Positions 37,872-52,864 of a DNA stretch of 64,000 nucleotides are shown in pieces. A model generated the notes under the pieces. The model worked only from the letters and a program-made list of their open reading frames with translations, had not been told where the DNA came from and did no database searches. Position 1 is the stretch's first letter. The number at the start of each line of letters is the position of its first letter. The stretch is from Octopus vulgaris (lineage: Eukaryota), in contig OX597823.1 in NCBI GenBank assembly GCA_951406725.2, forward strand, positions 6,882,001 through 6,946,000, read 5' to 3'. The translations under genes and the position numbers were made by a program.

Positions 37872-40800
37872 TCTATTGTCCCTCCTTTTCTTTCCTCATG
37901 TTTCATTTTTAGCACCTTGCATATCTGTTATCACTCATAGTACCCTTTTTTTGTCTGCTACCACACCCACTCAGTATAGCTACCCTTTATCTACTTCAAC
38001 ATCTCCCACCCCACTGCTCCTATGCCTTGCTCATCATCTTCTATTCCTTGAACTATCATTCCTGAGCCACTCCTATCTCTCCTCCTACTCCCTGCCCATA
38101 TTGATATTTCGTATCAAGCCCACCCACCGTCATTGCATTTGCCTCTACCCGAATATCTAACTATTTGTCACTATCCCCCCCTAATCCATTGCCCATGTCG
38201 TCTCTTGCTTCCTGAGGGATTTTCTCTGACAACCCATCTCCACTTTTTCCTAGATACTCTATCGCAACCTTATATAAATGTGGTGCACCCATGTATCTTC
38301 TCTTCAGCAAGACACCTATGTTAGTCTCAGGCATAAAATCTCCTCACCACCCTCTCAAATACTCTGCCACTTAAGTCAAGAGGTTTTACTTCCTTTCCCC
38401 CCCCCTCTTTTCTTGTCTTGCAAATTACTTAGCAACCCCACTAGTGCTGGTGGCAAGAAAAAAAAAATCCCTCAGTATGCACGGTAAAGTAACTGGCATC
38501 ATCAGCAAGAGCATCCAGTCGTAGAAACCATGCCAAAGCTGACATGGAGCATGCTTCCTTGTAGCTCACTGGAACTTGTCAAACCATCCAGCCCATGCCA
38601 TCATGGAAAACAGATGTTAAAATGATGGTGACAAGGAAGATGATATACATACGTATGTGTGTGTTTATATATATGTACAGCTGCAAACATTTATGTGTAT
38701 GTTTATAAATAGTTAAGCATGTTTTTAATTAACAATAATCTTTTGAACATTAAAATCAGATCATAACAGAAGATTTGAACAGTGTGATTACACTATTGGG
38801 TATTAAAATATAATCTATTCTTGTTGAAATATGTACATTTTTATAATAGTATTTAATAGTATTTTTAAAAAAAGCCTTATCAGAAACATAAAATTATGCG
38901 AGAAGCACAAGCATAGTTATATGGTAAGAAGTTTGCTTTCCAACCACATGATTCCAAGTTCAATTTCACTTGGACAAGTGTTTTCTACTATACAAGTGTT
39001 TTCTAAATAATATATATAAATATACATATATACCCAGGTGTGGCTGTGTGGTAAATAGGTGACTTCCCAACCACATTGTTCCAGGTTCTGTCTCACTGCA
39101 TGACACCTTGGGCAAGTGTCTTCTACTATAGCCTGGGGCCAACCAACGCCTTGTGAGTGGATTTGGTAGGCAGAATCTGAAATATGTCTTTCGTGTGTGT
39201 GTGTGTGTGTGTGTGTGTGTATTTATCTCCTTGTGTTAATCTTATGTAATAGTTCTAAAATGATTGTTACTGTCATACAAGCAGTATCATTTATTCTGCA
39301 TGAACATGTCTGGCTATGGGGAAATATTAACCTGCTTGGAAACAGGTTGTTTTGAAGTTGAATGGTTTGCAGTAAGAAAGATGTCCAGATTTCTTTAAAA
39401 ATTACTGTTCAAAATATTCTGAGAAAAAGCATTTTTTCAACACAACAAAACACACAAACACACACACACACACACACACACAGGTGTCTCTGTGATAACT
39501 TGAGCTACTACAAATAGCAACTTGTATGGGTCAGACAACTTTGTCTGACCCATACAAACATGGGAAAGAAGCCATTAAGATGATGATGATGATGATGATG
39601 ATATGGTCAAAATATGTAGTTATATGGTAATAGTGATTAAAAATTGAAATATAAAGATAATTACCATCATGAGTAAGATAAGATGAAAGAATAAATAAGC
39701 AAATATTAACCTCAATAAAAAAGTTATGGAAATTCATGCAGCTATATAAGATAAGCAAAGACACATATATTTGAATTCTGACATGGGAGGGGCAAGCAAT
39801 AAGTAACATTGCTGTCTATTGTATACATTTAATGAAATGATACAAGCACGTGTAATTGTTTATATTTATGTTTGTAAGTGTGTATGTGTTATTACATACC
39901 TTTGTATTTATCTTAATATATAAAACAGTGTTTCTATGTGTGCCTTTGTTCGTTATGGATTCAAAAACTGAGTTGCCAGTTTTGACATATGAGGTATCAA
40001 AAGATTCAGTAATCTTTTGGTTACCAAATATAGTGTTTTTTGCGCGACTCTATTTTTACTACAAAAATAAACTTGTAAATGAGGTCAGGTCGCACAATTT
40101 TGAGGTCTTTAGCTAAGGGAACTAACTCTGCCCGAACAATCTTTATATCTTAGATAGGGCATAATGAGAAAATGTTTAAAATACGTGTAGTTTTACCAGG
40201 GAATGAAACTTTGAAGATACACCATCAGCTTTATTAGTATTATTAGTAGATAATCTTTTAATGTGAAGTATGTTTGTCTGTGTTTTGTTCAGTCCAGAGT
40301 TACCTCTGAAGCAGACTCATCGCATAGATTTTTTTTTTTTTCCTGAAATAGTGTAGATCTGTGTCTTTCTTTTGATGAAAGGGTATATTTTAAGAGAGAT
40401 TTGGTTGCTATTTGTAGTAGCTCAAGTTACCACAGAGACATCTGTGTGTGTGTGTTTTGTTGTGTTGCAAAAAATGCTTTTTCTCAGAATATTTTGCACA
40501 GTAATCTTTTAAGAAATCTGGACATCTTTCTTACTGCTAACCATTCAACTTCAAATTACAATTGTTAATTGTTGGAAGTCAAGGAGTCTGAGATGTACAT
40601 ATAGTGTTATTATATAGAATGGAAGTTCAATACAAAGTTTTGAACTCATTATCTTGTGGTTGGTAATCTATTACCTTAAATTTGAAGCCATTAAGTATTT
40701 AAACATTATTTTACTGGGTTTAGTCTTCCAACTGTTGCCATGATGGGGTATCACCTTCAAAAATCTAATTGATCATACTGACCTCAGTACATATTTCAAT

Positions 40801-41421
40801 CTGGCATTTATTTGTATCTCTGCTTGATGAACTGCTAAGTTTGAGACATACTAGGAGACAACACTCGATTTAACAACAAATGTAAATACACACACACACA
40901 CACACATTAGGTGCTAGAATGACTGTGTGACTGAGAAGTTTGTGTTCCAACTACATGATTCCACATTCAGTCCCTCTGCATGGTACCTTGGGCAAGTGTT
41001 TTCCACTATAGCCCTAGGCCAACCACAGAATTGTGACTGAATTTGGCAGATGGAAACTGCAGCGTTGTTCATCAGAAAATGACCAAAAAAGCATGTTTAT
41101 AAGGAAGAGTTGTTTGCTTCATGCTCCTCGTATTCCAATCTGCCCATAAGAAAGGAACAAATAATACAATTTGGCTGTAGGTCATAACACCCGGGCAATG
41201 CTTGGGGGTCATTGCTAGAAATTTATGTAGAAAGGAACTAAATATACACCAGAAAGGTAATATTAGCTTTTTTTAAAGATAGACTGAACAAAGCACAAAC
41301 ACACAGACACAGAAACAAGGAAATTAACACTTAGTAAAATTTACCTTACAATCACACCTCATATGTATGCACGCACACACACATGTATTAATATATTAAT
41401 ATATACATGCGTACATTCATG

Positions 41422-41468
<47 letters not shown>

Positions 41469-41472
<4 letters not shown>

Positions 41473-41652
41473 CTTTACTACCCACAAGGGGCTAAACACA
41501 GAGGGAACAAACAAGGACAGACAAACGGATGAAGTCGATTACATCGACCCCAGTGCGTAACTGGTACTTTATTTATCGACCCCAAAATAAAGTACCAGTT
41601 ACGCACTGGGGTCGATGTAATCGACTTCATCCGTTTGTCTGTCCTTGTTTGT
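41469..41652. mobile_element. SINE family B 3' half folded back on itself
   Basis: 41507-41574 is the exact reverse complement of 41585-41652; flanked by (TA)n. Confidence 0.92.
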
Positions 41653-41823
41653 ATATATATATATATATACTCACACACACTCAAGGTGTATAAAATATGT
41701 ACAATTAGATTTTATAAAACAATATTATAAAGAGATTTATTTTTCAAAAAATGCCTATGTCTTTAAATGTATGCACACACACACACATGTATTAATATAT
41801 TAATATATACATGCATACATTCA

Positions 41824-41872
<49 letters not shown>

Positions 41873-42459
41873 GGTGTGTAAAATATGTACAATTAGATTT
41901 TATAAAACAATATTATAAAGAGATTTATTTTTTAAAAAATGCCTATGTCTTTAAATGTATGCAATTAACAAATGTGTGTGTGTGTGTACACTAAACTCCT
42001 ATAGTAATACTTGATATGCAATGTACACGAATCATATGTGATATGCTGTAATATTACAACAAAATTATATTATTATTCATATTTATTTTCATAGAAAATA
42101 TATCTGCTATTCATTGTAAAAATGCATTTAACCAAAGTATACCAAAAATTGCATTCTTGGAGTTAATGTGCTTGTGTGTGTGTGTGTGTGTGTGTGAGTG
42201 GGTGTGAAATACACACATACTCGCATACAGACATGCACATATACACACAGGTACACTTACATATACATACATACATACATACATATATATATATATTGTA
42301 TTTTGGGATGGTCATTTATTTTTTTTTGTTTGCCAAATGAACACATGTACTGTATATTTTTTCTTCACTTGTTTATTACTGTTCTTATTTTATCATTTTA
42401 CTCATGTCCCCACCAAAGAATTAATAAAATAAGAGCAGTAATCAATGAGTGAAGAAAAC

Positions 42460-42992
<533 letters not shown>

Positions 42993-43510
42993 GCAGAATG
43001 TAAGCTACTGGGAAAGACTCAAGAGATTAAAATTATACTCCCTGGAGCGTAGGCGGGAAAGATATGCCATAATATACATCTGGAAGATCCTGGAGGGAAG
43101 TGTCCTGAACTTTGGCATCGAGAGTTACACAAATGCCAGAACTGGGCGCACTGCGTGGTGCCTAGGACTCCAAACCTGCCATCAAGATGTAGGACAAGAT
43201 TCTGTGATAGCCTGGGCTTCCGAGGCCCACAGCTCTTCAATATCCTCCCGAAGAACCTGAGAGACCTGCATGGGGTGGATACAGATGTCTTTAAAATGAA
43301 GCTGGATCTCTTCCTGTCAGGTGTCCCAGATGAACCAACTTCACGGCAGGAGGGGCAGATGAGAGCAGCTGCATCGAACTCTCTCATGCACCAAATAGCA
43401 GTTGCTAGAAAGCCTCCATGAAGTGAAACCAAGTAGCAACACCAAATGGCGGTGCCCCAGCATGGCCACAGCTCATAGGCTGGAACTGGAATCAATCAAT
43501 CAATCAATCA
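42993..43510 (+). mobile_element. CR1-type LINE 3' end inserted in (TA)n
   Basis: [31 protein letters not shown]...FRGPQLFNILPKNLRD...[16 protein letters not shown]; (ATCA)n tail. Confidence 0.9.
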
Positions 43511-43586
43511 TACATATATATATATGTATATAAATATGTATACATATATGTATATAAATATGTATATATATATGTATATAAATATG

Positions 43587-43617
<31 letters not shown>

Positions 43618-44854
43618 GTATATATATATGTATATAAATATGTATATATATATATGTATATAAATATGTATATATATATATATGTATATAAATATGTATA
43701 TATATATGTATATAAATATGTATATATATATATATATGTATATAAATATGTATATATAAATGTATATATATGCATATGTATGTGTGTGTGTGTGTATGTA
43801 TGTATTATCAACATATTGATGTACAGTTCCTTGGACTGGACAGAATTTGTTGGGGTGGGTTTTTGTATAGTTTGATACCCTTCCTCTGTTCTCAACTCTC
43901 ATCTGTTTCCTTGTAAAGTAATAATTCCCCATAACTGTAACCAGAAGACTGGAAATGAATGAAACTGCATGTTTGTCAACAATTCCTTTACATCTCTCGC
44001 ATGAAGCCAAGAGAAAGGAACAGTAACACACACACACACACCAACCAAATTCATTCACATGGCTTTAATCTGCCTGGCGCTATATAGTAGGAGACACTTG
44101 CTCAACGTGCTATGCAGTGTGACTGAGCTGAAACCACTCAACCACTTACATACATACGCACACACACCCCTACATACATATATGTATAGATTTAATTATT
44201 TTTTAACGAAAATAGTATTGACAAGTGACTTCGAAGTTTTGGCCAGCTAAGTCCTCATTGGACAGCCTGATGATGGCTTACCCCGCTGAAAGTGTGAAGT
44301 CACTGTTAATAATGCTATTCTTGTTAAACAATAAATTTGTACTCTACAAAAGTGTGGAGTAATCCTTCTTGAACATAAAAACAAATATTAATATACATAT
44401 ATGTTTATATATATATTTGTCTATAAATATTTATGTGTGTATATAGTATATATAGTGTATATATATATATATATATATGAAATACAGTGTACATTTAAAC
44501 ATATAAGGAATCTACTTGTGGGATTCATCACGCTAGAAAGAACAGCTAGGTTCCATAACCACAAAATTAGGGATAAAATCCCGAAAGGAACGAAATGAAA
44601 AATAAAAAATTTGTGGTTATGGAACCTAGCTGTTCTTTCTAGCATGATGAATCCCACAAGTGGATTCCTTATGTGTTTAAATGTACACTGTATTTTATGA
44701 GTAATACATAGTCTTTGGACTAAATTTTTACACGCTAGGCCACTGGAAGTGAAAATTTCTATTAATTTTCAATTCCCTTCGATATGATTATATCTATATA
44801 TATACATACACACATACATATATATATATATGTATATGTATACACACATGCATA

Positions 44855-44894
<40 letters not shown>

Positions 44895-47061
44895 GTGTAA
44901 TAAATAAAATATATGCATACATACATATATGTACGTACCTACATCTACATGTATATATACATGCATATATAAATATATATACGTAAGTACAGGACACCAC
45001 AAATAGACGTAGAACTCAACGAGAAACGAAAACGTAAAAACAAACGTAGAAACGGACCTAAACGAAAAAAAACATAGTACAAGACAAACTACACAAGGAA
45101 AAATCCCCTTCATCAGCTGTCCCTAGTTCAACTCTAGCGTGATATGTCTGCATCTGTATGTGTGTGCGTGTTTATACATGCATGCTCATATACATATTTA
45201 TACATGTATCACTGAAAGTTTTACCGTTTGAATAATTATGGATACTTAGAAAATGTTATTAAGCATTTGCTGAAATTAGATATGATAGTGTTATTCTATT
45301 GGTTCGCTTGTAGATATGTGATATTGTACACATTCATGTGCATATTAAGAAGGGGAGATGCTTATTAAATTGGATAATGATGACACTCGTTTTGGCAGCA
45401 ATAGTGCCATTAGTATTTGTGTTTTAGTTTTTTTTTATCATTTATTTGTTTTGGAGCCGTCAGTTCCTTCCTTTGTTTTAATGTATTCATATACAAAATA
45501 CTTAATGTTTTTTTGAAACTATATAGACTGGGTGCTCCTGAATTTCATAAAAGTGTTAATATTGAGAAAACTCTGAAACAACATGGCCCTTTAGCCCTTA
45601 TTTTTCCCATTCTATTATAAGCTTGAAAATCTTGTTCTAATTTTCTCATTAAAGTGTTAATTTTATTCATACAATTTTGTAACATAAATTTATTAATTTT
45701 ATGAAATAAAGCTTAAATGTAATAAAAAGTTTTCTGCAGTAAAAGAATTTAGTTTTTAAATCAGTGATTATCTGCATTTTAAATTTGTTGCATCTCAGTC
45801 TTCCTGTTAAGTGAGAATTAAAAGATTTTAATACATAAAATGCAAAAGAAAATGAAAACTAATCAAGAAATTTCAGTAAAAACAAATTGAAGATTGATAA
45901 AAATTAACTTATATCAATAATCCTATTTTATACCTTAATTACACAATTAATTAGAGGAAAATATGTTTTCACTTTGCATTATATATATCTTTGAAGGTTT
46001 TATAGATATTTAGTTGATGAGTGTGTTTATCTATGAAGCCACCTACTAACTTTCAGTTAGTTTTCTTAGAAATTACTTTCACAAGAAAAACATTTTTTGT
46101 TTTGTTTTGTCTTCCTTTTACTCTCAGTATTTTGATTTCTAATATCAGAGTGTTTGCCAATATTATAACACATTTTCAATCTGTTTTTATATTTTACCTT
46201 TCTTTCAATTCGCATATTAACATAGATATTCATCTTTTCCATTGTTTTCAAGAAAAAAATTATTATCTAGATTTCATCTCAAAAGAATTGAAGATATAGT
46301 GGGAACTTTAGAAAACTTTTGCTTGCTGAAGTTATTCTTGGTGAAGTTATCTCTCTTTAGTAGTTTTAAATATTGGAACTACTCAAGTGTAATATTTCCC
46401 CTGATATTTCTATTTGTAATTGTAATCATTTGCCATGGCCTGAAGATGAAATATCACACGAAAGTTAAGTTAAACAATGTTACTTAGAAGGTGAATTGTT
46501 TGCCGTTCCCTAAACAATTGCTAATTGAGAATATTGTTAATTGCTGTGGTGTAGCATGCAGTTGAAGTGGTGACACTTGAGACTTGTGCAAGTGACTTAT
46601 TGACAGTATATGCATCTGTAACAGCTCACGATTTATCTATTTATTGTTTTCTTAATTTCACCCATTTCGTTCTATCTCATTTTATTAACGGTTCAGAAAT
46701 TACTTCAAATTTTAAAATAATGGTATTTTATGAGAAGAGAATGTTATATAAAGTGAACTTATTGCAACTAGATTAAAGTTGTGCGCTGTTCATTTCAGAA
46801 TTTTTAAGAACGTGTTAAATGAAGTATTCCTTTTTTGATTACCAGAAAAGATTTTTGTTTTGCCACCAAAAACAATTTCCATACATCATCATCATCATCA
46901 TCATATGTCTATGTTCCATGCTGGCATGGGTTGGACAGCATTTGATATACTTGAAGATGTCATTAGTCTTCAGTGTCTGCTTTTGCATGCTTCATGCAGC
47001 TGCATCACCTTCCTGTTACCAGCCATTGGATAAGATTGAGCAGGGTGACGGTTGATCAATA

Positions 47062-47702
47062 GGATCTTTTCGGTTTGAACGGCAGTTTTTTCTAGCGGTG
47101 TTATATGAAATTGTCACCCATAATTATGACCCTAGTATCGATCTATTGCATTTCAATCTGTTTTAGGGTTAGGGGATCTTTTCGGTTTGAACGGCAGTTT
47201 TTTCTAGCGGTGTTATATGAAATTGTCACCCATAATTATGACCCTAGTATCAATCTATTGCATTTCAATCTGTTTTAGGGTTAGGGGATCTTTTCGGTTT
47301 GAACGGCAGTTTTTTCTAGCGGTGTTATATGAAATTGTCACCCATAATTATGACCCTAGTATCGATCATTTCAATCTGTTTTAGGGTTAGAGTTAGGGTT
47401 AGGGGTGGAGGGAACAGTATCTTTTTTTCTTCAGAAATGTAAATAAACCCAATCTGTTTCTTAAACGAGGGACATATTCATACGGCACAGAATGTTTTCC
47501 CCTCAATAGACATTATTGATTGGCTGAAATTACAGAAATTGAAGAAGAAAAACAACAAATATCTTACAAACTATAGAATTTTCTCAATAAAGTCAAGAGA
47601 AAAGGATGATTTATAAGCACATTCTACCAGTATACGAAGTTTAAAAGTGTTTAGTTACGTGGAAATTATTTTAAAAAACTGCCGGTCAAACCGAAAAGAT
47701 CC
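47062..47702. mobile_element. Non-autonomous TIR DNA transposon with GG termini, 8-bp TSD, triplicated left end and TTAGGG repeats
   Basis: Left ggatcttttcggtttgaacggcagtttttt, right aaaaaactgccggtcaaaccgaaaagatcc; TSD gatcaata/gatcaatg; 112-bp units start at 47062, 47174 and 47286. Confidence 0.85.
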
Positions 47703-48157
47703 GATCAATGATACACGAGAAGGAGGTTTCTTTTCAGATCCTCTACTATAGTGTTTTCTTTGATTTTCACTTCAAGCATTGGGGATGGGGGATTCTGAAA
47801 TATTTGACTTGAAATGTTTTTTAAAATTTTCACGACAAAATTATTGTAAAATTTGGCACAAAGCTCTATGTTTTATCATTAATTTTACTCTGTAAGATAA
47901 TTCTCAGAATTTTGAAACCTTTTGAATGTTTTTTTTTTTTTCACAAAATGATGGTATTGCTATAGTATGGCAACAATCCACTAAAAAGACTCCCCTCCCT
48001 TTACTATTAAAATTATCTTGCTTTTTCTACAAGTTTATTTCAAATTCAGTGTTAATCTATTCAGCTGTTGACAGTCTTTGAAGACGTCTACAACACATTA
48101 TAGCTAATCAGGTGTGCCAGCATTCTGTCTTAGGTTCACTGCTGGCTGATCTTGTCA

Positions 48158-48561
48158 TCTACTTATATATAAAAGTGAGGTTGTGTGCTGTCTGTCTCCT
48201 ACGATTTAGATTCCTAACTACTCCCACATTTTGCGGTGCAGTTTAACCAAAACCGGGTATCTTATAGTCGTGATTCATATCGAGCCCTTCTGGGTATTAG
48301 CGCGCGTCTACGATGAGTCTACGATTTAAAAAAAAATTTACCATCAATTTTTCCCATTTTAATGCATTTTTTTCGCTATTATATAAAGGAAGTAACTCTC
48401 TAAAAATTTATTATTAAATCTCAGAACGTAAAAAGCTACTGTAACACCACAACCCCTTTGTGGTTAGCCATATTGAGATGGCTATTATACTTTACATCTC
48501 TAAAAATGCTTATATAGTTATTTCCCTTACAAACCCGAGCAATGCCGGGCGATACTGCTAG
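48158..48561 (+). mobile_element. Non-autonomous Helitron
   Basis: A|TC...cccgagcaatgccggg hairpin...CTAG|T; reverse-complement homologue of 14390-14778. Confidence 0.88.
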
Positions 48562-49593
48562 TCTAGTCTACTTATATAATATTAAGCATTACAGCAGTAT
48601 CATAATTAAAAAGTTTCGCACTCAAAAAGAGTTTTTGTAAATGATAAAACAAAATTGTTACTACAATATTTTAAAATCAAGTAATTTACTTTGAGCTTTA
48701 ACTCTATTATAATCATTTTTTAATGAGAAATTGGTCTCTATGTGCTAGTTATGTTATGTTTGTCTTGATTCCTGTTGGTTTTTGATAAACTCCCTTACTG
48801 TCTATATTTGTTAGTTTTTTTTCATTGATGAGGCGATGACAAATGTATGAGACCTTTAGTGACATGCTGTTTTTGAGTAGAAGACCCATCAAGCCAAGTA
48901 AAATTGTAGTCGTGGCAGGTACTGGTGTATTGTAACTGACACCTGTGTCAGTGGCATTTAAAAGCACCTGTTACACTCTTGGAGTGGTTAGTGTTAGGAG
49001 GGCTATCCAGCCGTAGAGAAACCATACCAAATCAGACTGGAGTCAGGTGCAGCTCCTCGTCTTACCAGTCCTGGTCAAACCATCTAACCCATGCCAACAT
49101 GGATATCAGACGTTAAATGATGATGATGTTGCTAGAGTTACTGTTGATTATTTATAGGGTTTTCGTTGTTGTTTATTATGGATAGTTCATAGTATTTTAC
49201 AGTTCAAAGTCTGAATATAAGCACCTTTACTCTTTTATCCTGCATCATGTTTCCCATGTTGGAATATATCTTCTTAAGACCCTAACATGGAAAACATATT
49301 ATTTTGGGAATCCAAATATTAAATATGATAAGATAGTGATTTTTGTACCTGTAGTATTTTGGGTCTGAACACAGATTCTTATTTTCTAGATGAAGAGGTA
49401 TCTTTATCTTACTTGGTTCTGCTTTGGCAAAGATATAAAAATGAAGTCTAATATATTACTGGTACATATGAAGGCCAAAAGTTACTTCATGATAGATTTT
49501 ATAATAATAAAAATCATTATCAATTCTACTTTTTTGCTTATTGTATTATAGTTAGATTTACCTTTAATTTTTTTTTTTTTTTTTTTCATATAG

Positions 49594-49780
49594 AATTTAA
49601 AACAACCTTCCCTTGAGGATTTACCAACATTGATACCAAAAGAGCAATTAGCTGACTCACGAAATGTGCAGCCTCCATCAACAACAAGTCCACCAAAAGC
49701 TGGAGTAGAGAGACAAACTGGAAACCAAAATATTTCTCAACCTCATCAACCAACTACTTCAACACCTAGTACTAATAGTG
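49594..49780 (+). CDS. Internal coding exon of an unidentified host gene (S/T/P/Q-rich, probably disordered)
   Basis: Long poly-T tract plus catatag acceptor, G|gtaagt donor, 187 nt open in phase 0: NLKQPSLEDLPTLIPKEQLADSRNVQPPSTTSPPKAGVERQTGNQNISQPHQPTTSTPSTNS; repeat-poor surroundings. Confidence 0.8.
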
Positions 49781-50959
49781 GTAAGTATTACAATATTTTA
49801 ATGGATTTGTGAAAAGAAAATCTTTTTAATCAGAACATTGATTGAGACTGGTTTTTGCCATATGGTTGTACAGTGTAAAGTTTACTGTTATAGAATTTAA
49901 ACAATTTGGGTTAAGAAATAACTTTCCTTGTCTCTCTACTTTAAATAAATATGATAAATACAAAAGTAACTCAAGTGATGAAAATATATTTACCTAATCT
50001 CTTAGTAAAATTGACTGCATCAGCTCAAGTCATCATACTTCATAGCTGAATGCTCTTTTGACATCTCCCAGAAGAAAAAAAGTTAAATGTAACTACATAG
50101 GAGATAGCTTCATTCTTATTATTCTTTGTAAAAATATGTAAGTAAAGATTTTGTGATGCAATGGTTCCTCCATTATTAATCTTGGTGTATAGGTTGCACT
50201 TGTTAAAATAGATATACCAATTTAAATTGGGTGGTGATCCATATTAACATGTCTGATATCTGTGTACATTTTAAAAAAATTTCCACAAAGCCAAATTAAA
50301 ATGAAATACATTGCAAATTAATTCTCATTAAAATCCAGTTAAAATTGCCTAGAGATTTTTGTTAAATGAACAGATTATCACCCCCCCCACCACAAAAAAA
50401 AAAAAAAAGAAACAAATACAATCAAGCAGAAAAATCACAAGTAAATATTCCAATTAAGATAAATCTTTGAAATAACCACCAAAGAAAGAATATAACTCTG
50501 CCCTGAAATGCAATGTCATGTCACTAGTTCTTTGAAGCATAGCTGCAAAAAGAAAAAGAAAAATACACCGGATACTTTCTTAGTTTTGAATAACCTGAAG
50601 GATTTATTTTTTTTATATTGCATTTTCTTGATAACTTTGGCTGTATAAAAAACAAAATACGGTTGAAGCTGCTTGTTATAATCACAGTTAGTGTTATCAA
50701 ATGGATATAGATTTAGAATGAATTAAAATTATCCACTATTGGCATCAGAGTTCTGGATATGAAACTTTTCATGTAAACACAGCTATTATGAAGATGTAAA
50801 AAGAAAACAGACTAATGATGGGGATGTGGTTGGTGGCTTTGTGGTCTTAATGAGAGAATCATGTTGGTGCTAGGAGTAAAGATGCTAATGTTTATAGTTG
50901 GCCATTGTTGCTAGCAGTATTGATTTGGGTATGTCTGTATACATATGTGTGTATGTATT

Positions 50960-50994
<35 letters not shown>

Positions 50995-50995
50995 C

Positions 50996-51033
<38 letters not shown>

Positions 51034-51081
51034 AATATGTATGTATTTATATATATATATATATATACACATATATATATG

Positions 51082-51128
<47 letters not shown>

Positions 51129-51599
51129 TCATGTGCGACATGCATGCACACACACACACACATAGGCACTCATGTTTTTGTTTTTATGCTTTCATTTCTC
51201 ATTGTGTTTAACATTTTTTATGTCCTGTATCCATATATGCATATATATTGTATATATACATATATATGTAGGTATGTACATATATGTATGTAGGTATGTA
51301 CATATATGTATGTATATATGCATATATTTATATATTATAGTATTATATATATATATATGTATAAATTAGAGAAAAACCACTATTATGTAATTCAAACAAT
51401 GATAGACATAAACCAAATCATAAAGAAAAAATAAAATGTATTATAAAACATATAACTAGTTCACAAAAAGTTTGAATTACATAATAGTGGTTTTTCTCTA
51501 ATTTATATATATTATATATTTATATTGTGAAATCTGATTTAATACTAGATTGAATTTTTCCCTGTAAGTTTGGAGTTATACTCCCAAATATTATTATTA

Positions 51600-51642
<43 letters not shown>

Positions 51643-51646
<4 letters not shown>

Positions 51647-51904
51647 GGTAAAGACCCCTTTCGGTCATGTGTGACCATGGGTTTGCACCTAGAGAGTTAC
51701 CCTCTGAGGCACAAGTCTGGGCAAGGTTGGTTTTTTTTTTTTTTTTTTTTTTTTTAATTTTTTTATGGAAGACCAGTAGTCGCCCATGCATACCGGCCTC
51801 CCCTCTCCACGCCACCAGTGTTATCCAAGGGAAAGACAAAGGTCGATACAGCTTGGCACCTGTGACGTCGCAACTCATTTCTACAGCTGAGTGAACTGGA
51901 GCAA
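51643..51904 (-). mobile_element. SINE 3' portion (additional family) inserted in (TA)n
   Basis: Reverse complement gctccagttcactcagctgtagaaatg...catggtcacacatgaccgaaaggggtctttaccc. Confidence 0.6.
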
Positions 51905-52800
51905 TATATATATATATATATATGTATGTATTGTTGTGTCTGGTGGGTGTCATTCTCTTTTAGTGCTTCATTATTTAACATACTCACCAGTAAAGTTTAC
52001 ACTCATTTACATAGTTATTTTTCCTAAAATTTTCATTGTGCCTTGCAACCTTTTCAATAGCTGTTGTCTCTGTCCATTATCCGAGCTGTGTTCTTTTTGT
52101 TTGATTGTGTGCATGTGTGTGCGCATACACATGTATGTATGCATGCAAGTGTGTGTATGCATGTATGTTTGTGTGTGTGTGTGTGTGTGTGTGCGTGTGT
52201 ATATATGTTTGTATGTATTTTGCATATTAATGTGTTTGTGTGTTTTTATGTGTGTGTGTACCTCTGTCTCTATGTGTGTGCATGTCTGGTGTGTCTGTGT
52301 ATGGGCTTTTGTGACTATGCACTATGTCTGTATGTATGGATGTGTGTCTCCATGTGTGTCCTTGTGTGAAATGAAGTGTATGTGTATATGGTCACGTGTT
52401 TCAGTCTTTGTTTGCATATGTATGTGTGTATGTGCGCATGTCTGTTCACATTACCTATGTACGTATCAGTCTGTATGTCTACCTGTTTACATTTATGTCC
52501 ATTTGCCTACACACATGTGCACATACATATGCATATATGTATACATATATACACACACACACATATATACATCTATATATCAGCCCACTATCTATTCTAC
52601 CTGTATATAAATATAAACTGTGGATATGGGGGTATGATTACCTACTACTGTAGGAAATGTAGATTGAAACATGTGACCACATACACACACTTCACTTCAC
52701 ACAAGGTCACATATGGAGACACACATCCATACATACAGACACAGTACACATTCACAGAAACCCATACACAGACAGACTCAGACACGCACACACATAGAGA

Positions 52801-52864
<64 letters not shown>

